Positions 7,231 through 15,845 of a stretch of 64,000 bases of DNA are shown here, one piece after another. The stretch spans positions 740,727-804,726 of the forward strand of contig JAGWFT010000001.1 of assembly GCA_028867755.1 (NCBI GenBank). Direction: 5' to 3'. The notes under the pieces are model-generated. The model saw only the letters and a list, made by a program, of their open reading frames with translations. It ran no database searches and had not been told where the DNA came from. The stretch's first letter is position 1; each line of letters starts with the position of its first letter. This stretch comes from Nitrososphaerota archaeon (GTDB lineage Archaea; Thermoproteota; Nitrososphaeria; Nitrososphaerales; Nitrosopumilaceae). The translations under genes were made by a program, and so were the position numbers.

Positions 7231-7506
7231 TCAAGTGGGACTACAGGTATAATTTGCATATTTTCCTTCCAACCCAGCAGCTCTTGATATGTGAGATTCT
7301 TGAGGATCGTTTAGTATTGCAAGATGACAAATTCCAACCCTATTGTTGCTGTCACGTAGATGATTGGTTAGTGCAATAGCTGCCTCCACTGACGAGCCTG
7401 CAGGATGTGCCTTTTCAAACAAGATGTGGCCTATTGCTTCAGGCACAACCATCATCAATATTACAAGTATAACAAACTTGTTAATTGATTTCTTATTGAT
7501 ATTCAT
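7231..7506 (-). CDS. Small membrane-anchored protein with a Cys pair (paralogue of 15846-16163)
   Basis: ATG 7506: MNINKK-TM-PEAIGH...SSVEAAIALT...CHL...SRAAGLEGKYANYTC; alignable along its length with the second copy. Confidence 0.75.
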   Translation of the reverse strand: MNINKKSINKFVILVILMMVVPEAIGHILFEKAHPAGSSVEAAIALTNHLRDSNNRVGICHLAILNDPQESHISRAAGLEGKYANYTCSPT

Positions 7507-7562
7507 GTATCTATTATAACAATATGTTTTGATATTGTAGCCGGAAGTAAATTCAAAAGAGA

Positions 7563-7579
7563 ATTTCCAATACGGAAAT
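7563..7579. promoter_or_regulatory. Palindromic site ATTTCC-N5-GGAAAT, copy 1
   Basis: atttccaatacggaaat in the divergent intergenic region. Confidence 0.6.
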
Positions 7580-7614
7580 AAAAATGACAAGAAATTGCCA
7601 AAATATTGTTTGAA

Positions 7615-7631
7615 ATTTCCGATTCGGAAAT
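7615..7631. promoter_or_regulatory. Palindromic site ATTTCC-N5-GGAAAT, copy 2 (perfect 17-bp palindrome)
   Basis: atttccga-t-tcggaaat, 52 bp from copy 1 and 30 bp before the Lrp-GAF ATG. Confidence 0.65.
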
Positions 7632-7661
7632 CCATATTACCAGCACTGCACAATTACAGAC

Positions 7662-8657
7662 ATGTTGGACGAAATTGACAAGATAATCCTTTCACAGCTT
7701 GGGAAAAATTCCAGAACCTCATCACAAGAAATAGCCCACACGTTACAAGAAATTGGCTTTACAATTACTGATAGGGCAATAAGGCAGCGCCTCTCAAGAC
7801 TTGACAAGAAGAAAGTAATTCTTGGATATTCTGTCATATTAAACCCAAATCTAGTATCAGAAAGAATTAACAGGACAATCCTGATCAAATTTAAATTTTC
7901 AAAGAATCAGCACGATTCAACTGAACGACTTGCCGAATATTTGAATTTGTCACCGTATTGTATTTACGCTGCAAGGTTAAGCGGTGACTTTGATTGGATT
8001 TGCCATTTTGTTTTTTCATCAACAGAACAGTATGATCTTGAAACGAATAACCTTTTGAACAGATTTTCAGATCTAATTGCAGATTTTAGATCGTACGAAT
8101 CAAAGGCAATCAAGTCGTTACCTTATGCGTTATCAAATGAACATTTGCTACATGACAGAAAGCTTCAGGTTTATTCAATTCTAAATTCAATAAAAAAATA
8201 TGATAATCTCAAGGACAGACTTTCGTCCATCGCAGAGAGTCTGGTAAAATATTTTGATGCTAAATTTGCAAGAATTTGGTTTTACGACAAGAAATCAAAA
8301 TCCCTAGTTTTAAAATACAGCGCAGGAAAGTACAAAAACACAGAGGGCGAATTCTCGAAAATACCATTAAACTCCCAAAAGATTGGATATGTTGCAAGGA
8401 CCAAAAAGCCTGCAGTTTCAAACGATATTGCTCATGATCCTAGAATAAAATACCATGAATGGGCAAAAAAGGAAAAACTCAAATCATTTGCAGGATATCC
8501 ACTGCTTTACAAGGGTAATGTGGTGGCAGTTTTAGCCATGTTTTCCGAGAAAGTTCTCTCGCCTACCGATTTTGAGGTTTTGGGTATGTTCTCAGAGGAG
8601 ATATCAAAGGAACTTTCCGGGTTTTTTGAGGCAGAAGAATTTCTGAAACGTACATGA
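7662..8657 (+). CDS. Lrp/AsnC family regulator fused to a C-terminal GAF domain
   Basis: LDEIDKIILSQLGKNSRTS..EIA..L......AIRQRLSRL (AsnC HTH), RAM-like LSGDFDWI; C-terminal ARIWFYD...IGYVARTKKP..SNDIAHDPR...KSFAGYPLLYKGNVVAVLAMFS (GAF). Confidence 0.88.
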   Translation: MLDEIDKIILSQLGKNSRTSSQEIAHTLQEIGFTITDRAIRQRLSRLDKKKVILGYSVILNPNLVSERINRTILIKFKFSKNQHDSTERLAEYLNLSPYCIYAARLSGDFDWICHFVFSSTEQYDLETNNLLNRFSDLIADFRSYESKAIKSLPYALSNEHLLHDRKLQVYSILNSIKKYDNLKDRLSSIAESLVKYFDAKFARIWFYDKKSKSLVLKYSAGKYKNTEGEFSKIPLNSQKIGYVARTKKPAVSNDIAHDPRIKYHEWAKKEKLKSFAGYPLLYKGNVVAVLAMFSEKVLSPTDFEVLGMFSEEISKELSGFFEAEEFLKRT

Positions 8658-8718
8658 CAGTTGGACTTGTAGACTGACAAGTGTCTGAAAATCCTCTTTC
8701 ACCAGTAAACTTTATCAT

Positions 8719-9120
8719 TTGCCAACGATATTACCTTGCACGGATTACAAATCTCTCTTCGATAAGGTTGTAGCAATAGACCCAAAGATTCGCTTTGTGA
8801 CAATATTTGATATGAGTGGAAAGATAATGTTCAGCGAACATCGCAAGGGGGTAGAAAATATTCTCACCTCAGAAGAAAGCCAAAAATCACTCCAGCTTGC
8901 AATAACTGCTTGGAAGTCAAGAAACGAAGTATCAAACAAGATAGGCAAAGGCAAGTATGCACTTGTAGAATATGAAAAGATAAAACGAATCACAATGCCG
9001 CTTGATTCAGATCACATCTTGTATATTACAACTGATGTTGAAGCTGATCATGGACCAATAATTTACAGAGCCTTGCGATTAAAGCAAGATGCGTTACATA
9101 ACCCAGAAGGAATGCCATAA
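8719..9120 (+). CDS. Roadblock/longin-like small protein (DUF6659-like)
   Basis: IRFVTIFDMSGKI...IGKGKYALVEYEKIKRITMPL; family recalled as expanded in Nitrososphaerota. Confidence 0.7.
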   Translation: MPTILPCTDYKSLFDKVVAIDPKIRFVTIFDMSGKIMFSEHRKGVENILTSEESQKSLQLAITAWKSRNEVSNKIGKGKYALVEYEKIKRITMPLDSDHILYITTDVEADHGPIIYRALRLKQDALHNPEGMP

Positions 9121-9196
9121 AAGACAAACAATTACAATTTTGTCAATTTAGTTTTTATATTGCCTGTAGCGCCAAAACAGAAAACTGGCATGTGAC

Positions 9197-9382
9197 TTAG
9201 TGTTTTGTCAGATTATAGTTTGCAGCCTTTTGCAAGATATTTTTTATTATCGGATCTGTTGCATTTTGTACATTATCACGAATCTGAGCAATCTTGTCAA
9301 AATAGGTACCTGCTTGAGTAAAATGAAAAAATGCAATTAGAAAAAGTGCTACTGCACATATGATTATTATCTTGCCAATCAT
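9197..9382 (-). CDS. Small single-TM hypothetical protein
   Basis: 61 aa with a hydrophobic N-terminus. Confidence 0.55.
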   Translation of the reverse strand: MIGKIIIICAVALFLIAFFHFTQAGTYFDKIAQIRDNVQNATDPIIKNILQKAANYNLTKH

Positions 9383-9580
9383 AGTATGACTCTATCATGT
9401 GTTCTTTTTACCTATATGGTAAGGATGTTTACATTCTAATGTTAAAATTTTAAATGACATTTCTTGGCTTTCAATTACACATTATATTAGATCTTTCTGT
9501 ATTAGAAAAATAAAGCGTATTTTTTACTCAAAAATCCATGTAAAGTCTTATTGTTTGTACCCAAACCTAAACTACTGAAT

Positions 9581-9651
9581 GGAAACTGTAGGGCTAAGAG
9601 TTGGGGGGAAGGGCACATTTCCCAATAGAGTATATGGCACCTACAGTTCCC
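9581..9651. other. GC-rich long imperfect hairpin in an AT-rich intergenic region (ncRNA- or MITE-like)
   Basis: ggaaactgtagg (9581-9592) / cctacagttcc (9640-9650); inner ttgggggg / tttcccaa stem. Confidence 0.4.
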
Positions 9652-9895
9652 AGACAAAAGTAACTCCAAAATTAATTAATACTTGTGTACTTTTGTTCAT
9701 GAACAATGTTTTCTGTTCCGATCCAGATGTCACAATTGTACAAAATTATAAAACATGACAAGATGCTTGTAAAAGCAGATCAAGATCAAAATGAACTGTT
9801 ATAGTTTAGTTGCAACTGATTGCAGAAAACTAAATGAAAATCTTATGATATATCAATATGGAAAATAAAAAAAGAGAAAAAAGTGGTCTGAATTT

Positions 9896-10429
9896 CTATT
9901 CTTGAAATCCACTTGGGGTTGTTCCGCTAGGAGCTGTGCTGTTCTGTGGTTTTTGCCACATTCCCATATGTCCACCCATCATAGGCCCATGCATCATCAT
10001 TCCACGATGACCGCCGCCCATGCTGCTCATGCCTCCAAATATGGAAGATGCAGTTAATGGATGCCCCTGTGATTTGTAAAGTACACTGCCGTTTCCGGAA
10101 TCTACTATTACAGAGTAAACAGTTTTGCCGTCTGTTACCTTGAAGGCATAGACTGCATAGTCCTGTTTTACAACAAGACTTCCAGACAACACTTGTCCTC
10201 CAGTTACCTGACTTGCAGCAGTATCTGCAGCAGTGGTAAAGCTGGTCTTTATGCTAGATAAAAGCAACTGCGAAAGATTGACTGAACCAGATATCTGTGG
10301 TGCTTGAGTGGTACCAGCGCCTGGTGCGATCTGTGCATACGCCATTGAACCTCCTACTGTGGCAATCACTGTCACACCAAGAATCATGGCAAGCAACTTT
10401 CGATGTGCCTTTATGTCCTGTATGTTCAT
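9896..10429 (-). CDS. Secreted PepSY-like domain protein with a Met/His/Gly-rich C-terminal tail
   Basis: Signal peptide; FTTAADTAASQVTGGQVLSGSL......VYAFKV.....YSVIVDSGNGSVL; tail MGGGHRGMMMHGPMMGGHMGMW. Confidence 0.8.
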   Translation of the reverse strand: MNIQDIKAHRKLLAMILGVTVIATVGGSMAYAQIAPGAGTTQAPQISGSVNLSQLLLSSIKTSFTTAADTAASQVTGGQVLSGSLVVKQDYAVYAFKVTDGKTVYSVIVDSGNGSVLYKSQGHPLTASSIFGGMSSMGGGHRGMMMHGPMMGGHMGMWQKPQNSTAPSGTTPSGFQE

Positions 10430-10471
10430 TGTACCATAACGTTCGGTATTCTGTTTATAATGGATTGTGAC

Positions 10472-10491
10472 ACCTTGTTAAGGAACAAGGT
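10472..10491. promoter_or_regulatory. 20-bp palindrome upstream of the PepSY gene promoter
   Basis: accttgtt-aagg-aacaaggt, next to the minus-strand TATA-like box at about 10454-10460. Confidence 0.55.
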
Positions 10492-10565
10492 TACTTGTCT
10501 CTTACGTTCTTCAATCGTATATTTTCTCTTGGCGTTAAAATAAGGCATATTGTACCTACTCCATC

Positions 10566-10955
10566 ATGGAAGATGCAGACTCGTGGTACAAGCAAGGCAA
10601 TGACATGATGATGCAGGAAAAAAATGAGGATGCCATACTTGCATATGACAAAGCGCTTAATCTAAACCCGTCTCATGCCAGTGCTTGGAATAACAGGGGC
10701 ATTGCCATGTTTCGATTGAAACTATACCAAGATGCAATTGATTGCTACGACAAGGTAATTGAGCTAAACCCAAACCATGCAAACGCATGGTACAACAAGG
10801 CAAAGGCACTGCGAGGCCTAGGACAGTCAGTTCTTGACAAAGCAAACGAGGATCGTGTTGCTGCAGCAAAAATAATTAACCAATCACTTGCAATATTTGA
10901 TTCTGCAGAAAAATGTTATGATAAGGGAGAAATTCTTTCAGGTGAGAAAACATAA
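10566..10955 (+). CDS. TPR repeat protein
   Basis: WYKQG, AWNNRG, AWYNKA TPR signatures. Confidence 0.9.
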   Translation: MEDADSWYKQGNDMMMQEKNEDAILAYDKALNLNPSHASAWNNRGIAMFRLKLYQDAIDCYDKVIELNPNHANAWYNKAKALRGLGQSVLDKANEDRVAAAKIINQSLAIFDSAEKCYDKGEILSGEKT

Positions 10956-10967
10956 ATTGAATTTTTT

Positions 10968-11282
10968 TTACTGGCCAACAACCTTGAAGATTGCTTCTCT
11001 TATCTCAGCTGATCTTTCAAAGAGTGTCTTGGCTATCTCATCTATCTCGCCACCACTTGGTTTTTTGCCGGAATGAACTACAAAATAATATGTTTCAAAC
11101 TTGCCAACTATAGAACCATGTGTATATCCGTAGACATATTCTGACTCGTCTTTTATCTGGAAAATTCCGCTAAACTCTGGCATACGAAGATTTGATATTA
11201 TGCCAGGGATCTTACCTATCTCTTCGTCTATCATTGTCTTAAGCACAGTTCTATCTTTCTCTTTTAGTGCCACGCTTGTCAA
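10968..11282 (-). CDS. Hypothetical protein
   Basis: 104-aa ORF with soluble-protein composition, fills the gap between genes. Confidence 0.65.
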   Translation of the reverse strand: MTSVALKEKDRTVLKTMIDEEIGKIPGIISNLRMPEFSGIFQIKDESEYVYGYTHGSIVGKFETYYFVVHSGKKPSGGEIDEIAKTLFERSAEIREAIFKVVGQ

Positions 11283-11394
11283 GTAAAGGTGAGCTCCATA
11301 AAAATAGTGATATCAGGCACAACCTGTTTAGGTTGAATTGTTACAAAATGCATCAACTTTTAAAACACCGCCATACAAAATTAAAATAACCAAA

Positions 11395-12012
11395 ATGGAA
11401 GCATTAATTCTTGGATTCTTAAATGCAATATATCTACAGATACCTGGTCTAGGTCAAAGCCAGCTTGGCAGTGTCAATCCATGGATAAAAGGCGTAATTC
11501 CATCGGCATTTGGAATCATGGGTATCGCAATAATGCTAAACCTACTCAACGCAGGAATAAGAAAAAAGATGGTAGACCAAGACAAGCTGAAAAGGCTGAT
11601 GAGAGAGACAAGGTCTTGGCAAAAAGACAGGATGGCTGCATTTAGGTCAAAGGATCAAGAAAAGATTGATCAGCTAAACAAAAAATCTCCGTACATGAAC
11701 AAGCTAAATATGGAAATAATGCAGCTTAACATGAGACCGATGGCTCTGACGTTTGTCCCATTCTTACTTGTCTTCTATTTCCTACTGCCTCACATGTTCT
11801 CATACACTGTAGCAGAATCGCCAATCCCACTTAACGTATTTCCAGGAAACTTTTTCCACCTTACATGTTCCGCAGACGATGTAAAAAATGAGGCCAAAAC
11901 CCACTGTGCACACGAAAATGACATGTATTTCTGGGGCTGGTACTTCCTATCGTCTATTTCCATGAGCGGAATAATAATGCGAGTAACAAAGACATCGGCA
12001 AACCTTGACTGA
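11395..12012 (+). CDS. EMC3/TMCO1 (DUF106, Oxa1 superfamily) membrane protein
   Basis: TM, coiled-coil (DQDKLKRLMRE...), MQLNMRPMALTFVPFLLVF, C-terminal WYFLSS; ATG 11395 preferred over TTG 11338. Confidence 0.85.
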   Translation: MEALILGFLNAIYLQIPGLGQSQLGSVNPWIKGVIPSAFGIMGIAIMLNLLNAGIRKKMVDQDKLKRLMRETRSWQKDRMAAFRSKDQEKIDQLNKKSPYMNKLNMEIMQLNMRPMALTFVPFLLVFYFLLPHMFSYTVAESPIPLNVFPGNFFHLTCSADDVKNEAKTHCAHENDMYFWGWYFLSSISMSGIIMRVTKTSANLD

Positions 12013-12143
12013 TCTAGGTTATCTTGTACTATCTTTGTAACAAAAATACCAATTAACTAACAGAATAGATTTTTACATCCACAAGCAGTATCCAAGAAAT
12101 TTAAAGAATCCATTAAATGCTAGACCATATCATCTCTTGATCA

Positions 12144-12659
12144 TTGAGCAACGATGTGTTAAAAGACAAGATTAAGAGATGGCTTGAGAATGAAGACTTT
12201 GCAGTCTCTGAGAGACCTGAAGATGTCTCTGACTTTCACCTTGTCATTTCCAATCTTCACGGAAAAGGAACATTCGCAGACATTGTAAAGCTAAAAAACA
12301 AGGATTTTGTAATACTAGGAAGCGCGTTGCAAAACCCGCCAGAATTTTTACAACTGCTTTCTACCATGACAGAAAAAGAAAGGTCTGATTTCTTTAACCA
12401 AATTCAAAGAGAATTATTAAAGTTTAGAGTTGATCATGAATTTCATCCAAACAAACTCATGCCAGAACGTATGATAGTAAGGGACACTGTTTATGAGGAA
12501 GATATCACAAGAACTATTTTTATGGAACATCTCAAGAGGGTAAAGTTTGCATCTCTGTTTCTACTCTGGTCAATTGGACACAAGTTTTCACCTGATTCAA
12601 TACAGTCTTCTACACCACATCCATCATCAACATCAAGTTCTCGGCCACCTTATGGTTAG
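12144..12659 (+). CDS. Conserved archaeal hypothetical protein (DUF2299-like)
   Basis: IKRWLENE...FHLVI...R.F..QIQRELL pattern. Confidence 0.6.
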   Translation: MSNDVLKDKIKRWLENEDFAVSERPEDVSDFHLVISNLHGKGTFADIVKLKNKDFVILGSALQNPPEFLQLLSTMTEKERSDFFNQIQRELLKFRVDHEFHPNKLMPERMIVRDTVYEEDITRTIFMEHLKRVKFASLFLLWSIGHKFSPDSIQSSTPHPSSTSSSRPPYG

Positions 12660-12991
12660 GTATCTATCTGTTTTTTGATACAGTTATCATATCTTTGAGA
12701 GGCGTCACGATATGACTCTTCTGCAGCAATTACTGCAGTATCTGCCTGAACCTTGCTTGCAGCAGCATCATGGAGTTCAAAAAATCCCTTTTCTGAATTG
12801 TCTTCTAGCGAATTTACTATCTCGCCAGCACTTGCAGTAACAAGTCTTACCAATCCTGATGCAATCAAGTGGTTTTGTGCACTTGCAAGAGCATTGGCAA
12901 ATGCAAAATCAGAACTTTCTTGTTGATAGTATAGTTCATGGAGTCTCTCGGTAGACTTGATTAATGTATTATATTCGTCCTCGCAGTCCAT
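12656..12991 (-). CDS. Hypothetical helical protein
   Basis: 111-aa Ala/Glu/Ser-rich ORF with Cys near both termini. Confidence 0.6.
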   Translation of the reverse strand: MDCEDEYNTLIKSTERLHELYYQQESSDFAFANALASAQNHLIASGLVRLVTASAGEIVNSLEDNSEKGFFELHDAAASKVQADTAVIAAEESYRDASQRYDNCIKKQIDT

Positions 12992-13320
12992 CTTTAACCA
13001 ATATCGATAAACTGGTTCTTATCTTTTGATTCCTTGATACAAAAACATCAATGGTGACTGTCTAAGTAAATTTGCTTTTTTTGACCTGATGGATATAGAT
13101 TCATCAATTTATTGCTTAAATAGAAAATTTACGAGTAATGCCTGAAATGCCATACGAAGAAATCTACTTTCAAAGGCTAAAAGAAGAAGATCCAGAAGAA
13201 TATGTGAACATATCAAGTCAGTAAAAGACGTACTGGACTTGATACGCACTGAATTTTATTCTATTTTCCTAAATGGGTTAAAATATGGATTAAAGTCATA
13301 GCGACTAGAGGCCTGCAAGA

Positions 13321-13899
13321 ATGACCAAGAAAATAAACAACGATCAAAACAAAAAGACATCTGACAAAAAAATACCCGACAGCACGGGATCAAAGCACAA
13401 AAACAAACTAATTGCAATAGGTGTTATCGCAGCAATAGTTGTAGGAGTTGCATACTATCTTCACCAGTCAGACAATACCGTAGATGTCAATTTTCAAGCA
13501 GTGGATGGGATTCCTTGTGAGACACAAGAATATACCACTTATCACGTGCACGCACATCTTGATGTTTTTGTTAATGGTCAACACATAACAGTGCCTCAAT
13601 ACATTGGAATCATGGATAATACGTGTCTATACTGGCTTCACACTCATACGCCAGACGGCATAATGCATATCGAGTCCCCACAACAAACAGATTTTAGCTT
13701 GTCACAATTTCTTGATGTATGGAAAAAGACAAGCACAGGTGCACCTCCTGATGGAGAACCAATAATTTTTGTCAACGGACAAGAAGTATCTACCAATCTA
13801 AACAGTACAAAGCTCAATGCACATGATGAGATAGCAATTGTATATGGTTCCACACCTCCTAACATCCCGTCATTCTATCAATTTCCAGAAGGACTATAG
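13321..13899 (+). CDS. Membrane-anchored His-rich putative metal-binding protein
   Basis: Basic N-terminus, one TM, C-x7-HVHAH and CLYWLHTHTPDGIMHIE motifs. Confidence 0.8.
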   Translation: MTKKINNDQNKKTSDKKIPDSTGSKHKNKLIAIGVIAAIVVGVAYYLHQSDNTVDVNFQAVDGIPCETQEYTTYHVHAHLDVFVNGQHITVPQYIGIMDNTCLYWLHTHTPDGIMHIESPQQTDFSLSQFLDVWKKTSTGAPPDGEPIIFVNGQEVSTNLNSTKLNAHDEIAIVYGSTPPNIPSFYQFPEGL

Positions 13900-14137
13900 T
13901 CTAATCTGAGATTTATCTTAATACAATAAAAATACTGTTTTGGACAAGATGTCAGAATAATAGATACATGAAAAACTAGACTTTATTTTCTTGTTCCTTT
14001 TTCAAATCCGCATCTTGTACACACAAATTTTTTTCCTATGTCAAAAAAAGGTCCATTACATTTTGAACATTTTTTCATTTTTTATCGTTTAATCAACCAA
14101 AATAAAAAGTTTAGAGTGTGATACTAAATATAGCATC

Positions 14138-14485
14138 TCAACCCATATTTACAAGATCTTTTGTTACTGTAACCCCTTGATCATTAGTAACTGTTACCAT
14201 CTTTGCTGAAGCAGGAGGCGATAACATCACTTTATCTCCTGGGTTTAGTATGGGGAGGCTGTCTGAGCTTGTTCCATAATCTGCCTTGATGTTGGTAAGG
14301 GGTGACGAACCTGTGTTGATTACATATAGGCGTATCACAGAACCTGTTCCCATGACCATTTCAGTGCTGGGATTAACAGATAATCCATACTGTGGTGTAT
14401 TTGCATGTACCACAAAAAGGACAACAATGGCAATTGCTACTGCTGCGCCTCCTCCGATTCCTCCATAAATCAATGTTTTTGACAT
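14138..14485 (-). CDS. Small membrane-anchored Ig-like (CARDB-like) protein
   Basis: N-terminal TM; VINTGSSPLTNI...LPILNPGD pattern. Confidence 0.7.
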   Translation of the reverse strand: MSKTLIYGGIGGGAAVAIAIVVLFVVHANTPQYGLSVNPSTEMVMGTGSVIRLYVINTGSSPLTNIKADYGTSSDSLPILNPGDKVMLSPPASAKMVTVTNDQGVTVTKDLVNMG

Positions 14486-14605
14486 TTGAATCGTCGATAA
14501 CTTGGATGGTAATTTAAGGATGATGTCTGTAGATTAAAAATAACTCGAGCAATTCTAAAAAAACTCGGTTGGGCTCTATATAATTATTTTATTGCAAATA
14601 TTATG

Positions 14606-15541
14606 TTATGATGACTTTCGTGTTTTTTTCTGTTTTTTCTTTTTATTCTTATAATGCCACAAAAACATCATAAAACCTATTACGCTTGATACAATGGTTC
14701 CAACTCCAACAACTGGCGCAATGAAGAACTGTCCGACCCAAATCCCATTTGCATCTCCAATCTCAAGCATGCCACGCTGTCTGGCATAGACATTAAACGA
14801 GTTATCTATGGGGTATGTTTTACCGCTATCGTCAGAGTATGTACCGTTTACGTGAATAATTGCCTGTGTGGGGTTTCCCAACTCCTTTTGTGTCTGTACA
14901 ATAAATTCAAAATCTAATGATTTGCCAGCGTCAAGGTTGGTTAAATCAAGGGATTTTTTTCCTGCAAGTTGCAGTTCAGATGAATATGTAGAAAGTTCTA
15001 TGTTGTGGGCATTTGCGCCTTGGTTTGCTATGGTACCCTTGATAGAAAAGGGCTCTCCTGCAAAAACATCACTTGGAGTTTGGAGGTTGATAGATAGGGA
15101 AGGCCTTGATGCAACAAAGAACTGGGTTGTCTGAGTTACAGTGTGCCTTACAGGCTGCGAGTCAAAAAGCCCCCTGACAAAATAATCCATTTCTACGTTT
15201 GCAACAAAATTTCCGTCAGGGACACCATTTTTTACCGTTGCATTAAAGTCATTTCCAAAAGTAGAATCCTTCCCAATCTTGTCAAGATGAAAACTATTTT
15301 GTTGTATCTGTAGCTCTGGACAGGCTATGGTAACTGTTATGTTTGATATCTGATCAACAGTAGCCTTGACCACAGAAGATAATACAAATTGTTTTCCATC
15401 CATGATTATGTCTGGATAGTTCAGGCTTAGCTGTAGATTTGGATCCGTTATGTTATTCTGAGTGGCATATGTAGGAATGAACAGTACTGATGAAAAAACA
15501 ACCAAAAAACAATATTTTGCAAAACTATGCCAGACTTCCAT
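14606..15541 (-). CDS. Surface protein with two Ig-like (CARDB/COG1361-like) domains and a C-terminal TM anchor
   Basis: Signal peptide, IANQGANAHNI, LTNLDAGKS; C-terminal TM followed by a poly-Lys tail. Confidence 0.75.
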   Translation of the reverse strand: MEVWHSFAKYCFLVVFSSVLFIPTYATQNNITDPNLQLSLNYPDIIMDGKQFVLSSVVKATVDQISNITVTIACPELQIQQNSFHLDKIGKDSTFGNDFNATVKNGVPDGNFVANVEMDYFVRGLFDSQPVRHTVTQTTQFFVASRPSLSINLQTPSDVFAGEPFSIKGTIANQGANAHNIELSTYSSELQLAGKKSLDLTNLDAGKSLDFEFIVQTQKELGNPTQAIIHVNGTYSDDSGKTYPIDNSFNVYARQRGMLEIGDANGIWVGQFFIAPVVGVGTIVSSVIGFMMFLWHYKNKKKKQKKTRKSS

Positions 15542-15681
15542 CCTTTTGATATGAATTGTACCGTGTATTCAAAATTCCTATTTGCATTATAGTATTTGAT
15601 AACATGATGGACAACATGTCGACACGTTATGTATGTTTCTTGCTTTTCATGATTTATCTACTTGTACTGTTGTAAGATGTC

Positions 15682-15813
15682 ATGAAAGCAAAGTTCAAGA
15701 CAACATGTTCAGAGTGTAGAGCAGAGATAAGTGTGGGCTCTGAAATATCAAAAACCTCATCGGGAAAATGGGTTCACAAACACTGTGCCCCTGAATCAGA
15801 AGATCTACCATAG
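15682..15813 (+). CDS. 43-aa zinc-finger microprotein (not in the ORF track)
   Basis: Manual translation MKAKFKTTCSECRAEISVGSEISKTSSGKWVHKHCAPESEDLP: CxxC...HxxC. Confidence 0.7.
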   Translation: MKAKFKTTCSECRAEISVGSEISKTSSGKWVHKHCAPESEDLP

Positions 15814-15845
15814 GATACGCCAAAACTATCTATCTTATCTAGTTT

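Noticed and set aside
7507-7653. N-terminal extension of the 140-aa minus ORF
   Set aside because: It spans the palindrome-containing divergent promoter; similarity to the paralogue begins only after ATG 7506.
9533-9547. Weak match to the copper-module motif (aaaatccatgtaaag)
   Set aside because: About 11/15 identity in AT-rich DNA, with the wrong spacing to any start codon.
9581-9656. H/ACA guide RNA call for the hairpin
   Set aside because: ACA is present, but no proper K-turn or K-loop was found and the pocket-to-ACA distance does not fit; left as an unclassified structure.
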